Assembly (NCBI RefSeq): GCF_009834535.1 | Contig: NC_045697.1 | Location: 62,808,001 to 62,872,000 of the forward strand | Source: Camelus ferus | Taxonomy: Eukaryota | Reading direction: 5' to 3' | Length of the DNA: 64,000 nucleotides | Shown: positions 50,231-64,000 of the stretch, one piece after another | Numbering within the stretch: position 1 is the stretch's first letter | How the letters are laid out: every line of letters starts with the position of its first letter | Translations under genes and position numbers: made by a program | Notes under the pieces: generated by a model | Database searches by the model: none | The model's input: the letters and a program-made list of their open reading frames with translations, nothing else | Told to the model about the DNA's origin: nothing

Positions 50231-53200
50231 TGTCTTTTAATCAAACGTTTCTGTGATTAAGCATAATTAGTGGTATTATAGGAGAATAAATGATTAGAAA
50301 AGGATTTTCTTTTTCATATGGTTCCTTTGTTACTTTTCCAAAACTGAATTTCTTGATCCTCTTTATTCAATATATGCAAAGGAATAGTTTCTGACTTTAT
50401 TAAGGCCCAAATGTAGAATGCCATGTCATTATACTACAGGGACCTGTTTTCTTTAAATGAGATGCCAGGATTCATTAGGATCCTGGGAACATTCCTACTT
50501 GTTTTTATCGCTTCCCACTCCATTCTCATAATGCCACATGTTTTCTTTCCTGTGAACTGCTTTTGGTGTCGAGTATCTAGGTCCGTTATAGTGAATATTG
50601 AGAGAGAATAAGGAACAGAAATACAAGGATGTGAATTAGAAAATATATTTTTTGAATCACAGTTTAAACAGGTCTATTCATAGTCTATGCTGTCTCACAT
50701 ATATACACCAAATTATTTCATAGCACAAGAAAATGTAAGTCTCAGAATAATAAAACATGAATATTTTGACTCATCTTTTGAAATCTCCCCATCATTTTAT
50801 GTGATTTCATTGGTAATTTTGCTTTTTGTTCATCTAATTTTTTTCTGCTCCATGGCTACTTTATTATCTAGAATCAGTTGTTTAGGTGACGCTAATGTGG
50901 CCACATATCAGTTTAATACATTTCTGCTCAAGCAGTGATCAGTCACACACCACCTGCCACGCATTGTAACCGATCGCCAAGTAGACAATTTTGACAGCCA
51001 GTTCCCGGGAGATTCCTGTGCTGTGTTTTGTAACAGGCGGCTGCCCAGCAGGATCACAGTCTAGGAATGTAAACCCAAAAATGAGAATGAAAAAAGAGAG
51101 AAGGAAAGGATGAAAGTGACTAAGCACGGAATAAAACCCTTAAAAGTTAGAAGGAAACGTTGAAAGATTATAAAACCATGAACACAGGAGAGAAATATTA
51201 TAAAGAGCACGTCCTCAGAATTAGAAAGAGAAGTTAAAAAGACTGCACTACATGATGAACAATGAAAATTAAATGTAAGACAAACATAAATTCAGAAAAT
51301 GACAAAGGGGAAAACACAGAGCATTTGGCAACTTTTGCCAGATAAATTGGAAGGATAGAGGATAAAAAGCCTAATGTAGCAGAAATAATCAAGGAAACAC
51401 ACACTGTACACAAACAAAGCAATCATTCCTAAAGGCTGTAGTTCATTGACAAAACACACACTTCCTTCTTGGGGTTTCAGTCCCACTGTCATTTGTTCGT
51501 GTTTATTCATAGGAGTGCAATCAATATTTGTTGGTCCTGTAAGAAAGACAAGCTATATAGGACGTTTACATATGTAAAACATAAAGAAAAAAAGCATTTT
51601 TTCTTCTTATAACCTGTAGAAACATTAATTTGTATGTATTGATATTTCCTAAACATGTCCTTCCTCTGAGACCGAAAAATGTGCCTTTACTCTTCGATGT
51701 ACTTACCAGGAAATCACACCAAGGAAACCACACAAATATACCCAAAGGAAAGCGTGCTTTTTTAATGATTCCAGTTAAGAGTTGTAAGCAGGACTTCAGA
51801 AGTGTGATGAGGGACCCCAAGGTTGGCTTCCCCTTGACTCTGAGTGCTGTGACAGGTGGGAGGACCCCAGACACACTCTGCTTCCTCCTGTCATGCTGAA
51901 CAGCTTGGAGAACCTACAAGCAAAGAAAACCAGGGCTGTTGCCTTGAATCCTGTTCAAGAGGAAGACAAAGCGCCTTTGTGCTTGCTCCTGCCCCAGGGA
52001 GAGTCCTGTGGTCATGGGATCTGTTACAGAAAACCTGCCTAAAAAGAAAGCTTATTTGAGACCAGACTCTGGGTAATTGGAGAGTCAAGCTTTTGTGATG
52101 CTAGAACCTAGAGGGGACAGCCCTGATTTGATTGGTAAAGATCTGCTCTCTCTAACCTGTGCGGTAATATCTTCTGTTGATGAAGACATTGATGCTGGCT
52201 TTGTGGTAGGAAACTATTCTAGGGTTACCCCTGCTCAATTAATTTTTATGAGTTGCAGATTAGAATGAGATAAACAAAGTCACAAGGACAGAAAGTCCAC
52301 GAACATAGAAAAAAAAATGATCAAGTAGTTCTGTGAAGAGTGGATACAAAATTATTGGATAGTTGTACTGAAGTAGTGAGGTGGGAGGTGAATGCATAAG
52401 AATCAAAAGAAATTTACATAAAGAGCACCAGATAGCTATTACAAATGCCTCTCTGGAGAAGAAATATTGTAAAAATTTAAAAGAGTATATCCTTTAACTC
52501 TCGGAATTCCACAATTAATTAGATTTAAATATAATCTTGTATTTCCATATCACACAGATTCATTTTTTTTATCAACCAGTTTAAATTAAACCTGCCCATG
52601 GTAATTCACAACAAATTTATCTAGCCAGTATAGAGATGTAGTGTGATTAGCTATTCACACAAAATCAATTTTTTTCTATTATAGCCATTAATAGATATGT
52701 TAGAAATAAGGTATTTCTGACATCTATAAATTTAAGGTATAATAGAACAAAGCATAGGCTGATCTGAATCAGACATCACTAGGTAAAGGATGCTACTTTC
52801 CTGATCAGCCCACATTACACCGGTTTTGTGGTTACAGTTATGAGTTTAGCCCATGAGTATAGGTATCTCTCTCAAGGTCAACCAAATAACACTGATAATC
52901 ATTGATGAAACATTATGGAATTGGAATTGGATAATTGAATAAACACGTTATAACTTACTAACCAGAGCAAATGTTTTATAACAAATTCAAATAATGTGCA
53001 GGTATAATTACAATGAAGTTCTTGCTAAGCACTGATATTGTCTTACTCAGTCATTGAAAACACCTGAACACCCTAATGGTTCTATGAGGACCCTTTCATT
53101 CTTTCACCTTCCGTTTCTTCATTTTATGATAATTTATATTCTGCATAGGATTTTGGAAATAACACAAAATCTATACCATAGGGTTTTGCCAAAACATGTC

Positions 53201-53259
53201 AGTCAGACTGACCATTTCCTTTTATCAGGATTGATGAGAAAGTTTCAAAACTTCTCAGC

Positions 53260-53450
53260 AATTGAGAAAACATGGGCCTTTAGCCAGACCAACCTGGGTT
53301 TGAATCTTAGTTGTGCAGCCTCAGTCAAGTGACATAACCCCTCTAACCCTTCGGCTCCTCCGCGCAAAATGAGACCATCTACCATTCAGCATTACATAAG
53401 GATTTGAGACACTTCACTCAAGCCTGGTGCACAGCAGGTACTTAATAAAT
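53260..53450. mobile_element. MIR fragment
   Basis: agccagaccaacctgggtttgaatcttag...gcctggtgcacagcaggtacttaataaat. Confidence 0.65.
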
Positions 53451-54314
53451 AAAAGTGCACAGCATTTTTGTTTGTCTGTTTTTTTATTTCTCCAGTTGTT
53501 CTAGGTTCAGTCTTAAAATTTCAATGGTTTTCTTTCTCAAACAGATTTTACCAATCCAATTTTCATTGCTCTATGCCTTTAATAAATTGCTGACACAAAC
53601 ATCCGTGCAAGAAGAGGAATTCTGGCAGTATGGATCTGTCCAGTGTGTACTCATGTATTTATTGTGTTTGCTATTTCAGAGGCAAATGAGTTCAAAAAGC
53701 TGTTCCTTTGCTAAATTCTGAATTACCAATATTTCATTGCTTAACTATTTTAAAACTACCGTGTATATTTTCACAGTTATAATCCATGTAGCAAATCCAT
53801 GGAGTTTTATCACCCTTGAAACCTACTCTGGTTCCGGTCTCCTATTTGCGCACACACTATGTCAACCCATTAATAAATCTCAAGTTTGTACCTTAATTCC
53901 CACTAAAATTACATCATTCATGCAGCACACATACACGAAGTAAACTTAAATAAAGACTTTGGTGGGACTGAGGAGGTCGAGGGAGACTTACATTGAAGCA
54001 ACACCAATGTCTTCCAATCAGATACTGACAACCAGTGTTTAAAATCCACTTGGCTACCTTGCCACTTGGGGTTTCTCATTGGCACTTTACTCCACATAGT
54101 GCCCATACTTAAACTACCTCACTCAGTCCTTCTCACTCCCATTTCATTTTCTCTGCTCTTCTTTTTCCCCTAATTCTGTCCCTCAAATTGTTTTCTAAAG
54201 GACAGTTTTATGCCATACATCAGTGTATTATCTAAAGTCCTTACTTTGCAAAAATCATTACATTGCTTTAGGAAGTATTGGTCTACCTTTCTTTGCTAAA
54301 AGCCAATTTGGTCT

Positions 54315-54750
54315 TGTAGTGGGCACTATGATGTGTCACCAAGATGCCCTGTCAGGAAGGAAGAGCTTCTCCCCTAGCCACTGGTAATGTTGTCTCTGTG
54401 AGCCCCAGAATTGGCTCAGGTGAAGACAGTCTTCTTGACCAGGGCCATGTGCCCAGTCTCGGGCAGCCCAGAGCTGACAGTTGGTCCATGTAGAGGTACA
54501 TAGGCCTCGCCTTCTCACTTAAACTCAGGAACGCTGACAGGCCATCTCAGCTTCAGGGCTCCCGCTGGGACTAGTTGACTGACTGAGCTGAGGTCTCTGG
54601 CATGATTTTGAAGCAGCTCAACGTCTCCTTCTGCTCAGTCCTGCTTTCCTCCTTTCTTTTCACAACTGTTAATCCAGAAACCACTCTAGTAAACTTAATG
54701 AACAAAAATATATCTTAGAGTCTGCTTCCCAGCCAATCCAACCTGCCACA
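54315..54750 (+). mobile_element. Solo ERVL LTR (LTR16-like)
   Basis: TG...CA termini; 3' motif tctccttctgctcagtcctgctttcctc...tcttagagtctgcttcccagccaatccaacctgccaca. Confidence 0.78.
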
Positions 54751-55869
54751 GTCCTTTCCTAGTGAAAAATACATAATGAGTAAGATAAAAATGTCTGGGA
54801 GAAATGGAGAAAATAATAGTGTGGAGATACTCTAAACAAAAATTAGGATAAGTGAAGTGTGGAGGGGAAAAATCGAGTTTCAACACTTAAGAATGAAAAA
54901 TTTAATTGTGGCACATTGGCAGTATCCGCCTGGTAATATAAGAGCTAGAAGCAACTGATGGAGATAAAATAGTAAGGAAGAAAATTATCCAAACAGAAAA
55001 GTTTCCTTACACAACAAGAATATTTCTCTACAGCAGACAAAATGGCATAGTAGGATTTAAATTATCTTTGTGCTCCCAGAAGTTTTGAAGCACACAATGT
55101 GGTACTGCCAATGAGACACAATTTTTGGTTACAAACCAACAGATTCTTACTTCTTACCTAAATATAAAAGCAGAAGATAAATGTCTGATTATGAAAACTA
55201 AGACTATTTTAACAACCTATTTGGAAAACGATTCCCAAAAGACACTGACTGTGAAAACTGCTGAAAGATATTTCTTTGGTTTTGGTCACGGTAGGTTCAC
55301 ATCTGGCATTTGGTCAATCACTCATTAAATATTAAATAGCATTATTTATGCAATTGCAATGCTCCTTTACCCTTTTAATGGGGGAAACCTGAAGAAAAGG
55401 GCTCTTCAAGGGAGGTTAGGTTCTTTCTCACTGATCTGCAGATTGCTTATCCAATTTAAATAAATTTCTTTTTCTCACTTCCCTTTACCTTAAGCCTGAA
55501 ACAGCAACAGTGAATTAAGTGCAAAGAAAAGATCTTTCCTTCTCAGCATGCAATTTCTTTCCAAATAAAGGAAAGTTATCCAGTTAATTGTTATTGATAT
55601 AAAGAAGAAATCACTACATTATTTAACATTTCCCGAGTCCATATTTTCAGCTTTTTTAAACTTATAGAATAATTTTTAAAATAACATAATGCTAAAACTG
55701 AGGGTTTTACTCACAGAAAGCTTTGCATATGTCTAGCAATAGCTAAAACATGCTACACAAATTTGGCTCCCTAATGTGCCAAGAGTTTAAAAACCATTCA
55801 GCAACAGTGCAGGAATTTGGAAATATTTTGGGATAGTAACATGCCTCAGTGAAGTCATACACTGTTTTT

Positions 55870-56410
55870 TCAGTAACCATTTGAGATTCTGCTATGTGCC
55901 AAGCATCGTGTACAATGGTTTTCAGAAGTAAACGTAACCTCCTGCCCACTCAGCACAGCTCACCTTCTAGTGAGGAGAGGAATGAAAAGTTAGCAGTTAT
56001 AATACAGTGAAAAAAGTACTGCAGTATATCTACACACAGAAAGTAGAGAACCTAATTCACCCTGAGGAGTGGGGTGTGAACAAGAAATACTTGTTTTCAG
56101 AGCCTAAAAGAAGGAGTTATTCATGCACAGGTGCCACGTGAAAAGGGATTAAGACCAGATTAGGAAGAAGGAAGACACATTCAAAGCTGGAAGTTTTGAG
56201 GATCCTGGCACATTCTGAGAATGGCAAGTGTGTCTACATCACTGGGCAAAAAGATGTGTGTGTCTGTGTGTGAGTGTGTCTGTGCAAGGTAGCACCAGCA
56301 GCTCAGGATAAATATGCATCTAGTGAGAAATTAATGAAGGCTCTTGAACGCTCTGTGAAGAATTTTAACTTTATCCTGAGGTCCTTGGGGACCCAGTGAA
56401 AGATATTCCA
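55870..56410. mobile_element. L2 fragment
   Basis: catttgagattctgctatgtgccaagca...gctcaccttctagtgaggaga...ttttaactttatcctgagg. Confidence 0.6.
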
Positions 56411-57744
56411 AGTATTTTACCCAGGAAAGATAAAAGTAGCTAGGGCTTTAAGAGACTGATGGAGGTTAAACTGTCCCACACTCGTGGCCCTGGGGCAGGA
56501 TAGGGTTTTGAACTGCAAATTCTTTCCAGTGGCCTTGGTTCTGCCCAACATGAAAGACCAGTTACACAGCCTACACCAGAGGTTCTCACACAAAAATAAC
56601 TTGAATATCTGCTTTAATTGGTCCAATTGCTCCAGGTATGGGTTGTTTTTGTTTTCGTTTTTTGGGGTTTTTTTTTTTTTAGCTCCTTAGTTGACTCTAA
56701 TGGACAGTAGAGGATGGAGCTGCTAACTTTCCCTAAATCATAGAAGGTAATGAATAAAAATAGAATGTTGTGAGGTTTATAAAGAATGGAAGAGAATTGA
56801 ATTATAATGCTCAGCTATTTGACAGTTGCATATCCCCCCCTCCTCCAGTCTAATGCTTAGTTAAGTGTTAAGTAAGGGTTAAGTAATAAATGAACACATT
56901 TTCAAAGAAGGTTTCTAAGCTACAGTAGAACAATTAGATAAAGGCAGTGTTGAGGGCTATCATTCCCCCAGAATACTCTCCGAATAAGGATCTCTCAACA
57001 TCCTCCTGATTTTTATGCATATCTGCCCTTGATATCTAGTAGAATGACTCCCAAAGTATTCACAGAGGGACATTTATCCCCTGCTTCAAGGCTGTTTTGC
57101 TAGGTCTTTCCCAAAGTCATCTTCACATCCAGGAAAGAATCGGTTGTTCCTTTTGCTAGGTCCACCCAGCAGTGCTATTACTCTGATAAAGCATTAACCA
57201 CCGCTGTCCTTGTTGAATTCTCTGCTCCAGGAGGAAGAACTCACCTTGAACTCCCTCTTCAGTGCCTAACAACAAATGTTTGTTGAGCATTGCATATGGA
57301 AAGGGGGGAAAAAGTTGCAGATTTTATCTTCCAAGATGCATAATGTGGAGGGTGGGTGAGCAGAGAGTAAAGGGGATGAAAGCCATTTCTGAGACCTGTT
57401 TTCCTTGACTGAGAGAATAGACAGAAAGAGAGTTGGAAGAAGAAGAGCTATGATTGGCATGTGATATTGACAGGAAGGGAAACCGTCGCGCATTTCTATC
57501 TGTGGCGGATTTGTGCTGTTGCTGGATTGAGTGGGAAAGGAGGGAAGAGACTCTGCATTCCCAGTTTTCATTTGCATCAAGCTGTGTGGAGTATGGGAAT
57601 GAACTCATCTACAAAACAGAAGTCCTCAGGGAAATTCTCAAAGCTATTTGTGGTCTAAACAATCAACAATTACTTGGTGCAACACAGAATAGTCCAACTA
57701 TTATCAACCATTTTGTGACTTGCACAGAGTAAGAAGTTTATGTT

Positions 57745-57787
57745 CCTTTCTTTCTTTTCTTTTTTTCTTTTTTTTTTTTGTTTTTGT

Positions 57788-57818
<31 letters not shown>

Positions 57819-57825
57819 GTTTTTG
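57745..57825. repeat. T-rich (TTTTTG)n/(TTTTG)n microsatellite
   Basis: Visible tandem units. Confidence 0.9.
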
Positions 57826-58710
57826 ATTTGAGACTTTGGAGAACACAGACAGGCAAGGAGAAACCCCTAAATCTTCTTGTGCCACTTTGGATAGGAAAAC
57901 AAAACCAAAACCAAAAGCAAAACCTCTCTACCTGCCTGAAAATGTATCTTCAGACTCAGTCTCTAATCACACCTGTGGTAATGGGACCCATTATTTCACT
58001 TCCACACCTACTGGTGTGAATAACTTGGGTAGGATTGTATTGGGCGTTCTGGCTCTGATTTTCTTTGTAATTTATTTCTGAAACTACAAATATCAAATCA
58101 AGCCTATTCTTTACTTTTTCTGTATGTCGTGGTTGTGTTGAGAAAGTAGTGAGAACACTCTGTCCTCTTTTAGATAGCATTATCTTTACCATTTGAAGAT
58201 TTCTTTTATTTTGGAAATAATACAAAATATGTACCCTAGGCTGTTTGTAATGTGCTAGAGATTAATATGCTTCAGGGTTATTTCAATATTGGCTACAAAT
58301 AAAAGACATGGATTAGATATTTGAGATTCAAAATATCCAAACATAACAAGTAGGATATAACCAAACCTGTCTTCGGGTTTTATTTTCTACTATAGAAAAT
58401 CACTATAAAAGACTTTCTTATTAAGGATTAAGTAAAACTGAGTAAAGGGCCAGCTTCTTGTTTGGCTCCTCTTTCCTGCTGATCTGATTTTAAAATGAAG
58501 TTCAGATGTCAAACCCACTGTTGAGATAAAGCAGGGAGTGTGATTTGATCCTGCCACTGGTACACTGTGCAACCACGGAGCAGGGCTTTAACCTTTTTCA
58601 AATTTGCATTCACTATGTCAAAAAGGACTTTATTATGAGGTTAATAAGGCTGTGTCTGTAGAGTATTTTAAGCTCTTTTATTTTCAGAATGATAAGCAAA
58701 TGTGAGGTTC

Positions 58711-58738
58711 TATTATCATTATCATTATCATTATCATT
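58711..58738. repeat. (TTATCA)n hexanucleotide repeat
   Basis: tattatcattatcattatcattatcatt. Confidence 0.8.
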
Positions 58739-58946
58739 GGCTTCAAAGGGAATTTGGCTTTCACAGCTCAGAGGGGTGAAAAAAGATAAGAACTTGGCTA
58801 CTGGTGTTCAAATAAACGTCAGGGTTAAAAATTCAAGGAGAAGGTGAAGGGATGGAGAGAGGAAAACCTCATTTCATTGATACATCAGTGATGAGAACCA
58901 GCTCAGCAAGACTGAATCCTGAATAAACTACCAGGCAAAACATACA

Positions 58947-59005
58947 TCTCTCCTCTCCTCTCCTCTCCTTTCCTCTCTCTCTCTGTCCATCCATCTCTCT
59001 CTCTC

Positions 59006-59037
<32 letters not shown>
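58947..59037. repeat. Compound (CTCTC)n/(CT)n/(CA)n microsatellite
   Basis: Visible tandem units ending in about 14 CA units. Confidence 0.92.
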
Positions 59038-59381
59038 TGGGTCAATTGTTTAAATTCATTCCTCTGTTTTTCAGTTTAATCTATTACTTATGCTTCTATG
59101 TTAAATTCAAAAGATAGGTAAAATTAGAAGTACTCCTGACAGCTTTTCTGAATGCAAGCGTTAACGGAACTTCCCTACATGTTTAATGTTGCCTGTGTTA
59201 ATGAAAGATATAGCAGACCACTTCTATTAGATTAGCCCCAAACACAACAGTGTGGTCCTAAGAAGTAATCTGTAATCTGTAATCTCCCAGTCTGAAAAAA
59301 ATGGATGATAATTTTGACAGGAAAATCTTAACCTTCTGTGGTTGCTGGTTCTCCCATGGTAGTAAAATCAAAAGTGACATA

Positions 59382-59468
59382 TCTATTCTTTTTCATTGTT
59401 TAACATTTTATCAATTACTGGTTTTATTCTTTTTTTTAATTGAAGTATAATTGGTTTACAATGTTGTG
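59382..59468 (-). mobile_element. Short L1 3' tip with extended tail and 12-bp TSD
   Basis: ttttttttaattgaagtataattggtttacaatgttgtg. TSD aaaagtgacata at 59370-59381 and 59469-59480. Confidence 0.75.
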
Positions 59469-61802
59469 AAAAGTGACATACTTTAACACGACTTAATATT
59501 TGCATTTTTTTAGCTCAACTGAGAGCAAAAAGAAAAATCTGCCTCCTATATCTAATACTACTCATTGAAATGTAAATCATGGTCAGTGATACACGTAGGA
59601 ATAAATGGATAAACAGCAGAAAAAAAATGTATTACCTCTGTGCAGCCATTTGTCTTCGGAGAGCATGAGTAAAGCTTAAGTCAGATACAATTAAATAGAC
59701 TGAAGCTGTAACAGTGACTTTTGAACTGCTTGAATTAACAAAATCAATCCTCATAAATTAAGCTATCAGTGATCTATGATACAATTAAGTTCCATAATCA
59801 AAAAATGCTACAGTGCATGCAGTGTCACTTGTGTTATTTCTAACACTGAATTTTAACGACTGCTGGCTCACTCTTCCTGCAGGGTTGTGTAAAACTCCAT
59901 CTGGCACACTAGACACTAACACTATGACACACAGTTTCTTTTCCGTTCTTCAATTTAGGCTGACATCTGGTGGTCTAGGGAAACGACAAGTAATCCTTCT
60001 GAATGTAAACCAGTTCACAAATGTGGCGTTTTTCAGTTTTCCCTTTGTCTTTCTGAAGTGCTTGAAATTGCGACCGAACCAGTGAATTACATCGAAATTC
60101 ACATAGAATAACTATTTAAATGGCAGAACAAGAAGATTGAATAAAATGACCTTCATGTGATGAATTATATACATGTAAGTACATAGAACTCTGGAGTGAC
60201 TAAAAACCATCAATAGAAAGTACCATATACTGGCCAATTAGACCCACTCAGACAGGGTACTATTTAATGGCACCACACTGGGGAGCATAATGGGAATGTG
60301 GTACATGTAAGATTCCCGTCTTTCTTTCTCCTTGTCAGTATAGTTGGAGGGAGGGGAAATGAGTGAGGGGGAGGGGGGGAAGAGCTACTGCGGATAGCCA
60401 GAAATTGATGTTTGAGCAGGCATAAGGTAGTGTTCAAAAGCTTTTATCTTATTTTTTCTTTGAGGGGAAAGGAGCACTTCCAACAGTTGGTGGCCATCCA
60501 GATGGCAAAACACAGTGGACCAGAACCAGGAGCAAGCCAAGTTTCCCTATGCCTAGGATTAAAAAAAAAAGCCTCCAATTAATCTACTGTGGTATATTCT
60601 AATAATTACCAATCATGGAGGAATAGAATGATACATTGTCAGCCCCATGACTTTCATGCCATTTAAGAAAAAGAAAAAAAAAGCACCCTTGATTTTTCTC
60701 ACATTCAACACTTAGCCCTATGATTTGTAGTGTTTTGACCATGAAGAGACTTAATAAATGGGCATATTTGTGTTCAGATTGTAATTGCTTTCTGTGAGTC
60801 TCTTACAGTGACTATAAACAGCACAGAATATAAACATAATGCTGGACTGACTTTGTTCTCTTTCTGTATTTTTAGAAGTTTCTAAATCGACAGAATTTCA
60901 GGCAGAGCTCCCTGTTATGAAAAATAACCACACAATAAAACAAAACAACAACAAAAACAAAAAAACAAAAAAAGATTTTAACCTTGTCCAAGAAAGACCA
61001 TTGTGAATGTTTGGTTTGCTCTGTTTCCGCTTAACCTTGTGACTCTGAGAAGGTTATTGGAAGGAGGGCCAGTTATGTTGGAGCTTTTGAAATACGGCCA
61101 GTTCCTCCAGGAGGTACCGCCAGCTGCCAATACCCAGTCTCATAAAGGTCACTGAGAAGTTCAAATGAAATTGCTTTTAGTTACTATGAAACTCACCTGA
61201 GTTGAAATAAGTACGTGAAAGGTAAAGTGTTTCCATCTACTCTTACTGGTCCTTTCTTCCCTTTAAGAGTGAAGTTTTAGTTTCAGTTAGTAGCTGTAAG
61301 ATCTCTTGAGAAAGAAGGATTTTCTTTTCTTTTAATCAGCTTAAAACTGCTCTATGAACTTTTTTAAAAAGGAGAAGAATGAATACATGTCTGTAAAGAA
61401 AGTTCTACAGCGAACTATCAACTGGGAAGGCAGTGTTGTTTAGTAGACTTCATGTGACTGTTACATTCATGATGGGTTATGGTGAAGGCAAACTTGGACT
61501 GTGACTTTAGGAGCACTCAAAGTGTCTCTGTATCTCTCACAAATATCTTACATTGATTCCTAAAGAAAGAAATCTCTAAACTAGACATTGATTCTTTTGG
61601 CTTTGGATTTTATGGCCTCTTGAAGGTAAATAATTTTCCAAAAAAATCACTTTTAGAATTTTAAGTTTCATTTCTGTCAGTCTAATTTCCTTTAGGAAAA
61701 AAAAAATTCACAAATGTAACTTCCATTTCTTCTAGCTACTCCAGTCTAGATAGAAGCATGGCGTCATGGTCGGGATAAGTAAAACTGTTTCTTTAAAACA
61801 TA

Positions 61803-62320
61803 TGTTGATAAAAATAATCAACAGTCTACAATAGGAATAGAAAAGAGTTTCATCTGAGGCAAACTGAGGAAGCCAGCTTGCCAGATTACTGTGAGAAACT
61901 GCTCCAGAGAAGCATGGTTCAGCACAGTTTTATATCTTGTCAGAATAAAGAATATTAAACAAATTAGGGATACATTTCTTCAAAGTTCAAAAACAAAAAC
62001 AAAACAACAACAAAAAACAGACCAGCACGTACACAATGAGTCAATACGGCCTTGGCACCTGGGAAGGGGGTCTTACCATCTTCAGAGGAGTAGTAGCATT
62101 GGCATCCCAGGAAGAGGGGCATTTAACCTTTATTTTTAACATGGACACTTTTCACTTCTGGTCAGAGTGTCCTTTTCTTTAATAATTAAAGCAGAGGTAC
62201 AATGCCTGTTTGATAGGTCACAAACAGATGGTTTTAAGTTAGCCTAAAACTCAAGTTAACTCATGTATAAGCCAGAAAGACTTCCCCATACCTCAACCTG
62301 TGAAAATTTCTTTTCTTACA
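61803..62320 (-). mobile_element. Solo ERV1 LTR (MER41-like)
   Basis: TG...CA termini; aaagagtttcatctgaggcaaactgagga...gagaaactgctccagagaagcatgg resembles cetartiodactyl MER41-type LTRs. Confidence 0.7.
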
Positions 62321-62803
62321 TAGTATAGTATCTTTATCTTCTTCGAAGACTTTTTTTGCATACAAGGCGGAGTCTCAAGAAGTGGCTCACATGTGTCCTT
62401 CTATACGTCATCTATTCTGAGACCTCCATCACTGAGGAACTCATGTGAAACGTCTTCATCATGTTAGCGCCACTCCTCCCTGCCACCTACCTCACCTCTG
62501 TCACCACTGCTTGTTGCTGAGGCTGACTCAGCTGGTGCCAACAAGCACCACAAATGCCAGCACTAAAATCTTATAATGAGAACATTTCTGCTGTTGCCCA
62601 CTGAAGCTGGTGTGGCTTTGGTATCGGAGCACAATGGCAAATCCTCTTCTCATTTCAGATTTAGGTTTATTTTCTTTCTTCCTCCTTTATCAAGGAAAGT
62701 ATTGCTCAACTAATATGTTTTGATGTTAAGCTATTTACTTAGAATGGAAATATAGTTACCATGTAAGTTTGTAACACCGACCAAAGCTTTTAAAAATACA
62801 GAA

Positions 62804-63136
62804 AAAAAGAAGACACTAATGAACTTATCTACAAAACAGAAACAGACTCACAGACATAGTAAACAAACTTATTTTACTGGGGGAAAAGGGGGTGGGAAGG
62901 GTTAAATTGGGAGTTCAAGATTTGCAAATACTAACAACTATATATAAAAGAGACAATAAACAAATTTCTTCTATATAGCACAGGGAACTATATTCAATAT
63001 CTTGTAGTTACCAATAATGAAAAAGAATATGAAAATGAGTATGTATGACTGAAACATTATGCTGTACACCAGAAATTGACACATTATAACTGACTGTACT
63101 TTGATAAATAAATACATATATAAACAAATAAATAAA
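62804..63136 (+). mobile_element. 5'-truncated L1 3' end with perfect 13-bp TSD
   Basis: TSD taaaaatacagaa at 62791-62803 and 63137-63149; tatagcacagggaactatattcaatatcttgtag; (TAAA)n tail. Confidence 0.9.
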
Positions 63137-64000
63137 TAAAAATACAGAACACTTTCAGAAGGAAGCAGGGTTCTATAAAAGGTTGAGGACAAGAACCAAG
63201 AATATATCTTTCCCTACGTAGTGCAGTAGAGCTAGATAAATTTTAGATGAAACAGATTCCTTAATTGGTGCTATTTCTGTTAAGTGATGCTCTGGCAATC
63301 TAACTTTAGAATGTATATATTAGAGCTATACAGACCCACTTTAGAAACTTACAAACAAATGCCAGCATGATAAAATACATGGTAGGCAAAATTTAAAGAC
63401 CAAAGATTACACTGTTATGTTTATGTATATGAATTATTTTAGTCTCTCTCTTATTTTTCTCAAATTGTATATGAAGCATGATTTACAGATATGGCCAGGA
63501 GGGAAAGGGAGAAGGGGGATCACTGAATCTAGCACATGCTTTATTTTTTGTATTGTCCTTCAAATTCTCATTAGATTGTGGGGAGGGGAGGATAAATATA
63601 ACAATTTTTTCAATAGAACGGTTATTGAAATGGCTTCATTGCTTCTCTGCTGTAAGATATGGAAGTCCTGCTACCAGGTATATCACTTTGCTGAAGATAA
63701 AAATCATAATCAAAAAAGAAAACTAGTAATGTGGAATATGTTTTTAAAAAGTAGATTTATTGTGCATTTCAAATTTGGTTTTATGTAAAATACAGAGAAT
63801 ATGCTTAAATTTAGAAAGCATCTATAATATATACATTCACCAATATTTGAATGCCATTATTTTAAAATAACAATCATCATTTCATTTTTTCAATGAAACT
63901 TGACCATTTAAAAAATGAAATTCAGTCTACTATTAGTTCAGAGGTATTAGGGTCTCATTCCAGAAACTTACAGCTCTCTCTGTAACTCCAGCATCTGGAC

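Noticed and set aside
1..64000. CRISPR arrays, operons or other prokaryotic systems
   Set aside because: The DNA is mammalian, and no repeat-spacer array or foreign gene cluster was seen.

Overview
Mammalian genomic DNA, AT-rich and repeat-dense. It is most likely from a camelid, because it carries three Vic-1-type tRNA-derived SINEs. Positions 1 to about 28 kb hold the 3' part of MMRN1 (multimerin-1) on the + strand. Five coding exons are visible (840-947, 2297-2470, 9666-11655, 25249-25401, 26904-27325), matching human exons 4-8 as I recall the numbering; they encode the coiled-coil, EGF-like and gC1q regions. The remaining ~36 kb is intergenic, with L1, L2, MIR, MaLR/ERV LTRs and microsatellites and no supportable protein-coding gene. 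The main anomaly is a 1-nt insertion near the end of the large exon (about 11601-11607). It makes the exon 1990 nt, breaks the splice phase and predicts a premature stop in the EGF exon, so it is either a loss-of-function allele or an assembly error. Other notable items: a TSD-flanked L1 whose 5' UTR is joined directly to late ORF2, a tailless 5'-half tRNA-Lys(CTT) retrocopy with TSDs, and several minimal L1-tail insertions. I found no convincing new multi-gene system. Repeat family names come from recalled consensus sequences, not a database search, and old repeat boundaries are approximate.
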